Below are positions 1-11,200 of a stretch of DNA of 64,000 nt, one piece after another. This DNA is from the human T2T-CHM13v2.0 reference genome, Homo sapiens, in assembly GCF_009914755.1 (NCBI RefSeq), contig NC_060937.1; one strand, given 5' to 3'. The position numbers were made by a program, and so were the translations under genes. The notes under the pieces are model-generated. The model was not told the origin of the DNA. It worked only from the letters and a program-made list of their open reading frames with translations, and did not search any database. Every line of letters begins with the position of its first letter. Within the stretch, counting starts at the first letter, position 1.

Positions 1-499
1 TTGTCAGGTCAATATCAACATTCTAGAAAAATGAGTTCATCTGACATTTTCTAAAGAAGTCTTCCTTTTCCACTTCCCTGCATCCCACAGTCCATACCTC
101 TACATGATAGAATTCCAGTTATTTTCCAGGTACAGCTCAAATGCCTTTCCTGATGTATCTTAAAAGCAATATCCCCATTTCCTGAATTCCACAGATCTGC
201 ATTTCCCTAAGAGGTGGCATTATAACTATAGCAAAGCTAGTTAGTGATTATCTAGCGCTTACTAGTTTCCATACATAGTTGTTTATTCATTGTTTTCAAT
301 CTCATGTAACCCTTACAAATTAAAAAAGAGAGAGAAAGATATAAAACTGAGGAAAGTGGGGCAGAGAGAGTATTCATGGGGAGTTGAATTTGGATTGGAA
401 CCCAAAAAGCTTGATCCACATCCTATGCTATCACATTATGCTGAACATAAAGATATAGTATTATGATTAATTCTCTCTATATAAAATTTATTTCTATGT

Positions 500-598
500 T
501 TTATATATATACATATATGTGTGTATGTGTGTGTGTATATATATATAGATATAGTGAGTATATATATATATAGATATAGTGAGTATATATATATATAC
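500..598. repeat. Compound (TA)n/(TG)n microsatellite with a duplicated TAGATATAGTGAG(TA)n unit
   Basis: Read directly from the sequence. Confidence 0.9.
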
Positions 599-1232
599 TC
601 ACAAAGGATCTTTAAATAGAATTGAACCACATGTATGATTTGAACTTAACCTGTGTGCTTCCTATGTATGGCCCGTCAATACTGTTCCAAACTAAGTAAC
701 TATCTCTTGGTTTTTCCAACATTTATCATGTTATTCCAGCCCAAAATACATCTAATTGTATGATGCCATTCGACCAATCTTGCTTCCTGTTTCTGAATAA
801 TTATCGTTTTCTTCCTGACCTTTAATCTTTCTGAAATGTATAACTCTTCTGTCTGCAACTAACTTTAGATAAGTACATTCATAAGAAGCTAATTTGTAGG
901 ATGAATGTGTTATAAACAAGTTGAAATAACAAATAGAAAGTTTAATTATATTACAACAGTATTTTTAAAATTATATTGCACATTTTATCTCACTATTTTC
1001 AAAACTCTATTTCAAGAAGCTAATACATATAGATAAACAGACAAATAGGCCTCTTACACTTGGAGAATTCCTGGTTTCCTCATCTAGGTTTCTATAGGTC
1101 ATATTTCAATCACCCAACTTACCAAATTTTATTATACTATTTTTCATTTCATGTGTATGTCTTTCTCCAGCCTGTGGGTTTCTTGAGGACAGCAGCTCTT
1201 TTAAATACAGATACTGACCTAGCATGGCATTT

Positions 1233-1594
1233 TCTTTTTTTAATTTTCTTTTTTTATTTTATTGGGTATATAACAGATGTATATATTTATGGAGCACATG
1301 AGAATTTTTATACAGGCATACAAAGTATAATAATCTTATCAGGGTAAATGGGGTTTCTATCACCTCTCTTACCATTTCTTTGTATTACAAAATTCCAATT
1401 ATACTCTTGGTTATTTTAAAATATACAATAAATTACTGTTGACTGTAGTCACCCTGTTGTGCTATCGGATACTAGATCTTACTTATTCTTACTATATTTT
1501 TGTACCCATTAACCATTCTCACTCCTTCCACCCACAGTACCTGCCCACATGCTTTCGCAGACTCTGGTAACCATCCTTCTACTCTCCATCTCCA
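1233..1594 (-). mobile_element. 5'-truncated L1MA-type LINE-1 3' end
   Basis: T-rich tail on the left, followed by typical antisense L1MA 3' UTR. Degenerate TSD tagcatggcattt (1220-1232) / tagcatgacgttt (1595-1607). Confidence 0.8.
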
Positions 1595-1699
1595 TAGCAT
1601 GACGTTTGCCAATGATCTAACCTAATAAAGCCTTCTCCCCTATATCACTTTTTTCCTGCAAATTACTCTGCTGTATTCTCTTAATAGACCAAAATTACC

Positions 1700-1866
1700 T
1701 TTTAATTTTTTTTGTCTCTTAAGATTTTCTATATCCAATCTATCACCTCCTCCTTCTAACCTCCCATAAGAGAAGGAACTTGTCTTTCTCCACATTGAAT
1801 TTCCTGGACAGAGAAGTGGACCTGGCCCTCAGCAGGTGCTCAATATATACTTGTTTAATGAATAAC
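1700..1866 (+). mobile_element. L2 3' end fragment
   Basis: cctggccctcagcaggtgctcaatatatacttgtttaatgaat resembles the L2 terminus. Boundaries approximate. Confidence 0.6.
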
Positions 1867-3339
1867 TACTGGATTCTCAATAATTCATTTTGGAATTTAT
1901 GAGTGACGATTATAAAACTACAATATTTGGTTATAATATCAAGTAAACTTTAAAATTGCATTCATGAAAGAAAAGTCAAATTGGGATTTGTTTTTTGCAT
2001 CTTACATTTATTTAACCAGATTTAGTTCTCTTCATATAGAAAGCTTCACAGAAATACTTGTTTAAATATTAAATGGATAAATAAGTTTTTAAAAATCGAA
2101 TTGTCCTTGGTATTCACTAATATGGGTAAATTTACATTTTCATCAATAAGAATTTGATTTGAAATATTCTTAATATTAATAACTTGGTATCTTATCTCAA
2201 TTGTTTTGTAATAAATGCTGTAGCTACTATATCACTTATTTCCTCATTTGAATGGCATTTTCTGTAATAGTGGGGTTTTGTTTGTTTTATTTTCATAATT
2301 TTAGATCACAGACCACTTTGAGAGTCTGATGAAAGGGATGACATTTCTCTTCAGAAAAAATAAATATGTAATCATATACAGAAAATTTTATGAACAATTT
2401 CAGGTAGTCTCTGAGCTGCAGTAATACCAGTGTTGCCAAACTGATAGCTTGTGTGGTTTTGATGGAAGATCAAGAAATAAAACATGCATATACCTGTAGC
2501 ACAGCAAGAAATAGTTCTATTGTAATATGATGGACCCTAGGGCAAAAACACACTCTAGAAAAAAATAAAATAAAATTAGACCTAGTCTCTGGGCTTCTCT
2601 AATCACCTACATCTCCTTCTGAGACCACTAAGACTACCAAGACCTCCAAACTTTAGGTGTGCCGTGAGGAGGAACAGGGGAAGTATAGGAAGGGGTAGGA
2701 TTTACCACCTGTATATTTTTTTTATTGCTTATTTCCTGGTTGGGTAGTCAAACTAAGTGAAAGTAACTGCAGCTGGATTCAAGAATTCCTTTTTGTCCTA
2801 AGCCTGAATCAACCCTGTGAGCCTGGTCTAACTCCTTTGGCATACTCCTAAGAATCTGTCTCATTGATTTTGTGATTTAATCTGAGAGTGACTGGAGACA
2901 GTGTTAGGGATAAAACCTTCTGGAACAGGAATTGCCTGTAAGAATTTTTGGCATTTGATGACCTGTAAGTGTTTAAGGAAATAAACATGAACGGTTAAAG
3001 TGTGGTTTGGGTTTTAGTTTCTTGTCACTCTTTATTACTCTGGAGGCTGAATGCTTCCATAGAAATGGTCTATAAAAGTGAATTTCATGTTTGAAGTAAA
3101 TACATTTTAATTTAAAAGGACTCTTGTGAGCAACAGCACCAGGGATAATTCTCTTAGGTCATTCCCAGCCCTTGCTTGGACTCTGCCTGCAGTAGTACTG
3201 ATGATAAGGAAGTGCAAACTAATAGGAGGACGTTCAAGAAGATGAGAGACATATAGGAAACCAATATTCCAGCCTAGTAAGGACAAGAGCCTCTGATGAA
3301 TAATCTTATAGGGAAATACTGAACTTGTACCAATTCCTG

Positions 3340-3590
3340 GACATTATCAATGGGAATTAAACAATGGTAGATTGTCAAGAAAAATCTTGTATGCAATGAG
3401 TTTTAGGGGTACTCATGATCTATTCTTGGCATTGGGGATGCATGTTTCCATTGCTGCTGATTAAGAAACTCATTTCACCACTATGAATGTTGAGAATGTG
3501 ACCTCATAACTGGAATTTCACTTCTTATCTTACCTTTAGGCAGAGGAAGTAATTGAGTGGTTGATGGACTTTTAAAAGAGAAATTACATA
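3340..3590 (+). pseudogene. Highly decayed ERV (class III / ERVL-like) integrase core relic
   Basis: Degenerate motifs in the expected order: TGG TAG ATT GTC (~WQID, 3365-3376), a DxxSG..AFP-like segment (~3417-3450), GCT GAT TAA GAA ACT CAT TTC ACC (~SDQGTHFT, 3456-3479), and GTA ATT GAG TGG TTG-AT GGA CTT TTA AAA GAG AAA TTA (~IERxNGLLKEKL, ~3549-3586). Confidence 0.55.
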
Positions 3591-4233
3591 AAGGCATTCT
3601 GATATTTACCCCTTGATATTCTTCACATTCAAAACAGTAGCTCAATTAACAATTGGCAAAAACTGAAAGAGAAGGACTCTAATTTTGCTGGGACTTAATG
3701 ACAGATACTAATATGAAGGAATGAAAATGAGGGGTTTTGAACAACATTCTTCTAACTGCCATTAATTCTAGCTTCTTATTCCAATGGTTGCTACTATGGA
3801 CATCATAAGGTTGTACCACTCTGCCCCACCTAAGAGAATGGTAGATTCAAGAGCAACAGCAAACAGTCTCCTTAACTGCAAAGCCATCTATTTCTACGAT
3901 GCCTCATGTAAAGCTTTTCCTTTCTGGCTTTAACAACAAGACATTGTACCAGCGAGAAATGCAGACAAATTAATGTAGACTAACAGGAGAAGGCAGTGGT
4001 ATAAAAAGAACAGAAACTTTCTAAGTGGTACAATAGCTCAATTGGTCTTTTTCTGTAGTGTCTAGATAAAAATAAATCTTGTGAGGTCCCAGGTTGCTAT
4101 TTCTGGCACGAGACCATATATCGTACCAGAAAGGTGGTCATAGGGGATTGCAAAAGTCAGGGGGAAGCATAGTTAACAAAAAGAGTGAGGACCACATCAG
4201 TTACATTCACAGACAAGCTTATCACAAGAGGTG

Positions 4234-5894
4234 TGCATTAGTTAGTTTTCACGCTGCTATAAAGATACTACCTGAGACTGGGTAATTTATAAAGGAAAGA
4301 AGTTTAATTGACCCACAGTCCCACATGGCTATGGAGGTCTCAGGAAGCTTAAAATCATGGCAGAAGGCGAGAGAGAAGCAAACACCTTCTTCGCAAGGTG
4401 GCTGGAGAAAGAGAGAGCACAGGGGAAACTGCCACTTTTAAAATCATCAGATCTCACGAGAACTCACTCACTATCACTAGAACAGCATGGGGGAAACCGC
4501 TTCCATGATCCAATCATCTCCCACCTGGTCCCTCTCTCAACACATAGAAATTGCAATTGAGATGAAATTTGGATGGGAACACAGAGCCAAACCATATCAT
4601 TCCACCCACGGCCCCTCCCAAATCTCATGTCCTTTTCACATTTCAAAACCAATCATGCCTTCCCAACAGTCTCTCAAAATTTTAACTCATTTCAGCATTA
4701 ACCCAAAAGTCCAAGTCTAAAGTCTCATCTGAGACAAGGTGAGTCCCTTCCACTTATGAGCCTGTAAATTCAAAAGCAGTTTAGTTACTTCCAAGATACA
4801 ATGCAGGTACAGGAATTGGGTAAATGTCCCCATTCCAAATGGGAGAAATTGGCCAAAACAAAGGGGCTATTGACCCCATGGAAGTCCAGAACTTAGCCAG
4901 GCAGTCATTAAATCTTAAAGCTCCAAAATCTCCTTTGGCTCCATATCTAACATTCAGGGCACATTGATGCAAGGGGTGGGTTCCCACAGCCATAGGCAGC
5001 TCCATCCCTGTGGCTCTGCAGGGTATAGCTCCTAAGGCTGTTTTCATGGGCTGTGTTGAGTGCCTGCAGTTTTTTCTAGGCACATGGTGCATGCTGTCAG
5101 CGGATCTACCTTTCCGGTGTCTGGGGGATGGTGACCCACATGTCACAGCTCCACTAGTCAGTGCCCTAGTGGGGATTCTGTGTGGGGGCTCCAACCCCAT
5201 ATTTCATCTCTGCCCTACCCTAGCTGAGGTTCTCCATGAGGGCTCCACCCCGAAGCAGACTCTTGCCTGGAAATCCAGGCATTTTTATACATCCTCTAAA
5301 ATCTAGGCAGAAGTTCCTAAAGGTCAACTCTTGTCTTCTGTACATCTGCAGGCCGAACAGTACATGGAATTTGCCAAGGCTTGGGGCTTGCACCCTCTGA
5401 AGCAATGGCCCAGTCTGTACCTTGGCCTGTTTTAGCCATGGCTGGAGCTGGAGAAACTGGGATGCAGGGCATCAAGTCCCGAGGCTGCACAGAGCAGCAG
5501 GGCCCTGGGCCTGACCCAGGAAACAATTTTTCCCCTCCTAGTCCTCTGGGCCTGTGCTAAAAAGATGCTACCTGAGACTGGGTAATTTATAAAGGAAAGG
5601 CATTTAATTGATCACAGTTCTGCATGGCTGAGGAGGCCTCAGGAAACTTACAATCATAATGGAAGGCAAAGGAAAAGCAAACACCTTTTTCACAAGGTGG
5701 CAGGAGAGAGAGTGCAGGGGAAAGTGACACTTTTAAAACCATCACATCTCATGAGAACTCCCTCACTATCACGAGAACAGCATGGGGGAATTTCCCCCGT
5801 GATCTAATCACCTTCCACCAGGTCCCTCCCTCGACATGGGAGGATTATAATTTGAGATGAGATTTGGGTGGGGACGCAGAGCCAAACTGTATCA
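4234..5894 (-). mobile_element. MaLR element (THE1D/MSTA-like): two LTRs with a partly deleted internal region
   Basis: 3' LTR 4234-4599, internal region 4600-5556 with a PPT-like purine tract next to the 3' LTR, 5' LTR 5557-5894 lacking its last ~22 bp. TSD aggtg (4229-4233) / atgtg (5895-5899). Confidence 0.9.
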
Positions 5895-6421
5895 ATGTGT
5901 GTAGTCCTACTAATATCTATCATATATTACACATATTGTAAGATACTGTCAGGATATGGATTAAGAGTTACACAGGTTAGATCAGCCTGGTTTTCATCAC
6001 CATCCCAAGATGCATGACAACTTTAAATGCATCTATGGTGTTGAACCCCAACAAGTGAATCTTGACAAAATTCTCAATAAATTGCTCGAAGAGATTAGGC
6101 CAAATAACCACAACCCCATACATTGAAGAATGTGGGAGGAATCCACTCATATTTCCTTTACTAGTTAAAAGTGGATTTCATTGTACCTAAGAGAAAAACA
6201 GAAATAACTACGAAATCATCTGGTAATTTAACAAGATAGAGGATTATTTCTCTAACATAAAATCCATAGCTTTTCTGGTCCAAGAATGATACAATGTCCA
6301 CTCTACAAAATCATCAGGAAACCTATGTCTCCTTCTAGCTCTCTGCTTTGCTATCCAAAAGGCTATAGCCCTCATCTTCATGGTCCAAGACCATGACCAG
6401 TAACAGCAACGGCTGGAGAAT

Positions 6422-6810
6422 TGTCTTAGTTTCCTTGGGCTACCATACAAAGTACCATAGACTGATGGGTTTAAATAACAGAAATTTATGTTTTCACTGT
6501 TATAGAGACCAAAATTCTCAGATCAGAGTGTCAGTATGGTCAGGTTCTGATGAGAGCTCTCTTCCTAACTTGTAGAAGGCTGCCTTCTAAATGCATGGTG
6601 AAGTCGGGGGATGAGAAGAGAGCAAGCTCTCTTGCATCTCCTCTTACAAGAGCCTAACAGCATCATGAGAGCCCTACACTTAGGAGCTCCTCTAGACCTA
6701 ATTACCTCTTAAAGGCCTCATGTCTAAATATCATAAAATTGAGGGTTAGGGCTTCAACATATTAATTTGTGGGGTTAGGAGTGGGTAAGGCACAATTCAG
6801 TCTCCAGTAA
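6422..6810 (-). mobile_element. MLT1A-like MaLR solo LTR
   Basis: tgtcttagtttcc...ttaaataacagaaattta...ggttagggcttcaacat...cacaattcagtc pattern. Confidence 0.75.
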
Positions 6811-7026
6811 GAATGCAATTTCTGATTTGGGTGAATGCACTCACAGTCAAAGAAAAAAATATACAGAATAAAATTTTAGGGGACATCCTACAATCTCAGC
6901 AGCTAAAAAATGAACTACACTGATTCTGGAAGTACTGGCTTCCACACACAAGATGGCTGAAATCCTAACAGTTAAAACTGTGCCCTTCCAACAAGTCTTC
7001 GATCTGATGTAAGTGGTCCCCAAACA

Positions 7027-7243
7027 CAATGATCAGGAAACTGTTGCCCATGACCAGATATGGCACGTTGTTTACTTTTGTAAGTGAAGTTTTAATGGAA
7101 CATAGTCATGCTCATTTGTTTTCTTTTTGCCTGTGGCTTTTTGTGTACTACAGCATCAGTGTTGAATAGTGCAACTGAGATGCTTTGGCCCATAAAGGCA
7201 AAATTTGTCCAGCCCTTTAAAGAAATATTTTTCTACTCCTACC
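7027..7243 (+). mobile_element. MER58A-like hAT-Charlie DNA transposon
   Basis: tttgtaagtgaagttttaatggaacatagtcatgctcatttgtt...gttgaatagtgcaactgaga...ggcccataaagg matches the remembered MER58 core. Confidence 0.7.
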
Positions 7244-10200
7244 CTAAAGTATACTTTACAGGTTTGTGAATCTCAGGAGATGGCACAGAATGAGATTTGT
7301 GTGTGTATTTATTGTACAGTGTGGTCAAAATTTTTATCAAGTTCTCAAATTATATGTGACCTGCTGATCACTGGAAAAAGTTTGTAAAACCCCTATAAAC
7401 CTTGAGGGAATACTGGATAAGAGATTCACTTACTTGTAAGAACATGCTGATATAGCTAGAAAAAGACAACTGGCGTGTGAACTAATCAAGGAACTGTTTT
7501 GGTGTCATGCAGATTAGTGCCATAAAAGTAATCTATTATCAAAAAAATTGAGTTAGAATGTCATGCGAGAACTGGGACTTCATAGAGCCATTTGACGCCT
7601 TTGAAAATTTGTCTGCAAATATTGACATTTTACATTATTAACTAAAGCTGCAAGAAAACTCACTAGCAACCCTACTTCTAAAAGTATTTTCAATTGCTTT
7701 TGGATCACTTTACCATTTCAAACATTCATGGAAAAAACATGATATAAAAATACTTTTTTGTAGCTACACTTATTTTAAATAATTTGCAACTAAGGCTGTT
7801 CTCTAGCCCCCATTCTTTTTCTTTTGTTTTTAGTGACATAAGGCTTTATTCACTGGACTTTCTGCCTGAATTTAAACAGCTTCATTTTTCTATAAAGGCA
7901 AGATTCATATGGCTGTTTCTTCTTTAACAAGTGGCTTAAACTATTGAAATGAGAGATGCCAATATTGCCATTTCTTAGAAAATATGATCTATGTCCTGAT
8001 TATTTCAAAAAAATTTCAATTGGCTGTGCTCTAGAAAGGCATGTAGTGTGATAACATTAAAGTTCAAGAAAGCAAGGTAAGGCAAGGTCAGGTGTACTTT
8101 TTTTTTAATTCATAAGCCTTCTTAAATTTATTTTAAGCTGGCATGAAGGGAGGTATTAATAGGTCAAAAAGATTAGGCCTTTGCCTGCTAAACATCTAAA
8201 GATCATTAACATAAAACTTACATTAAAATTTGTCATTTCTGTGGTATGGTAGGCCAATCTTTCACTTTTATACAACAATCTCTTAACACCTTGAATTTGC
8301 ATAACTTATAAAACTGTTTTTAAAAGTGATTTCCCATCTATTAATTCACAGCCACCCCATGAGCATGGCAATTATGCTTGCTTTTTATGGATTACATTTT
8401 TGATGTCCAGAGAAGTTTGGTCTGATAGAAACGTGACTTGATGAACCAAAACTTCTAGTACTGCACTTTTCTCCTAAACTACGCTCTTAGAAAATGCCTG
8501 TATGTATGTATATAGAGTAACAAAATAATGGTCACAAACTACATAAATATATGCATTTGCCATCCTTAGGAAACAGAAAATACATTTATTCATTATAGAT
8601 TCAGCCTTATAAACAAAGAAAAAGTTCAACTTACTGAGTTACTTACTGAATTCCAAGTTTCTTAACATTAACTTGTCCCAGTTATTAAACTAGCATAAGT
8701 AATTTATGATATCTGGGTCATTATGATTGAACAGATATATGAAGAGTTTAAGTTCAAATAGTTATTTCTTCTAGTTTCTATTTACTCTTAGTGAGCATCT
8801 GATTTTATTCTGTGTCTTCACTCTTCCAAGTATAACCATTGTTGATGGAAAGAATGAAAGTCACCAAAAATAAATGTGATCATGATAGAACCACTAGGAT
8901 GAATATGTAAATCAGATCTATGTAAACAGAGGCTTTCCTTTAAGTAGCTGAGCTATGGCGACCTTGTTTTCTTTTTAATTCCTCTTTCCAATTAAATTTA
9001 GTAAGTATATAAAATAGCATTTCTATGCATGTTAGGAGAATAAGGTCAATTATATAATTAACAACCACTGAGGATTACAGAACCTTGACATTGCTTTTAG
9101 TAACTTTAACAATTTGGAATCAGTCTGAATTCAAATCAACAATCTTATAAATAAGTCAGCTCTGTTCCATTTTCTCTTAGCATTTTTGTCATTATAATCA
9201 TTGTTTGTTCCTGCTAAGCCAATAACCAAAAATACTTCAGCTATTTGGTTTTCTGAGTAATTCAAAGATGTGTCAACTAATTAGGCTATTTGAAAATACA
9301 ATTGTAATTAAAACAATATGTACTGAGAGGGTAATGTCGTGATGTTTATGGGTTTTAGGACACCTGTGAAGTCACTGGAAATCTGTAGCACAATGGGATT
9401 CTGCATAATAAAAATGTTAGAATTTACAAAATGTCATCAAATGCTCGTGGCCCACTTCTATAAAAAACATGAATAATTCACAATGCTATATATGGAATTA
9501 CATTTTGCTGCCCCAATTCCATTTAAATAAATGTGTTTATGAGTCACCAATTTCATTTTCCTCTACTTCTAAGTGGTGACCTTTCACTTATGAGCTGAAA
9601 AGCAATCAACTCTGGGTATAGAATAAGAGAAAAGAAAATAAATTTAAATATTTATAGTAAACATTTATGGTGGTGTGTGCACTAATGATTCTAAACGCAT
9701 TTTTGTTTAGAGAAAAAAGATGTATAAAATCCATTCACTCCACAAATATTTATTGAGAAGTTACCACATGCCTATTCAAGCATGTTATGTGGTTTCAATG
9801 AAAATTAGACAATACAATATGGGACAAAATATAGAAAATAAAATAATATCCAAGGCACTTTATCTTCTCATATTTTTAAAGCATGAATTTACACAGAGAA
9901 TGATAACTGAAAATATGTAGTGATTCTTCCAAATTTCTACCTACCATTTATTTATGTATTCCACACAGTTATCAGCAAATATTTATTAGAATGATTTGAC
10001 AAGATATATACTCAAAACAGGGGTAATTGTAAAAACAATTTTAAAACTCAAAATATAGCTTATCACTGATTGTTATCTATTGTTTTTGTCCCCATATTTT
10101 ATTTTCTTTGAAAAACTATCTCAAATTCCCCCCAACTCCCTCTCTATCCCAATTTATTCTAGGGCTCATATCAAAAGCAACTCTATATAATGCTCTGCAA

Positions 10201-11009
10201 CTTTGCTGGTACATCCATCATAGAACTGATTTCTCTATACCATGCATATTTACATGGCTGTTATATGCTCTATAATATCAGAATAAGCTTTTATTCCCTT
10301 GATCCCTACATTGCTTGAGCAATATTTTGTACATGATGGATATTCAATTAATGTATGTGAAGTCCCATGTACAAAAATCTGTGATGACTATCCATTGTCT
10401 ACTGCATTTGACTTATCTAAGCAAACCAAGCCTTCAACAGCCTGGCCCCAGGCAATCTTTCAAGCTTCATCACAATCACTCCACTTCACACTTTCTAAAA
10501 TCCATGGACAGTATCAATTGTCTTACACTTGCTCATTTCACTTCTCTCAAGCTGTTTTAATCTGTCTTGAGTATCTGCTTTCCTATTTAATTGCCTGGCT
10601 AAATCCATTCATACCTCAAGGCCCAATCAGTTGTCACCTGTTTTCTAAAGCACTTATTGAAAGACACCCATGACCTAAAGTACCTCTCCTCTCAACATTT
10701 ACAAGATACTCTGTTGAATTGGTGTGAAGACACAGCCTCACATTGTTAGTTAGATCCTGTCCTTTTCTCACTAGTTGTGACTCTTGGATATATTTTATAA
10801 TATTGAAGAGATAGAGTTTCTTCATTTGCAAGTCAACTTTATAGGACAGGGTTATGGTGAAAGTTCAATAGTATTAAAATTATGAAGTGCCAATTTCAGT
10901 ATTGACAGCAAGTAATCAAGTATGCAATCAAATTTAGGTCCCATTTCACCAAAAGTGAGGCCTTTAGAGCTGATACAACAGTCACCTCTTCTTTTCATCG
11001 TGTAAACAT

Positions 11010-11200
11010 GGTTGAGAGCCAGTTTGGGGGTCAGAATACCTGGGGGCAGATCACAGCTCTGCCCTTGAAAACTCAGGCAATTTATTTAACTTCTCTATGC
11101 CTTGAACTTTTGATAAGTTTATTGTGAAGATTAAATTAACATTTATAAAACCTCTGGAAAAGCCCCTAATGTACAGCAATTGCGAAATACTAGCTATTAT
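11010..11200 (+). mobile_element. MIR SINE
   Basis: MIR core: cagctctgcc...ggcaatttatttaacttctctatgcct. Confidence 0.65.

Noticed and set aside
4781-5200. 139-aa ORF
   Set aside because: Lies within the decayed THE1/MST internal region, with no evidence of an independent gene.
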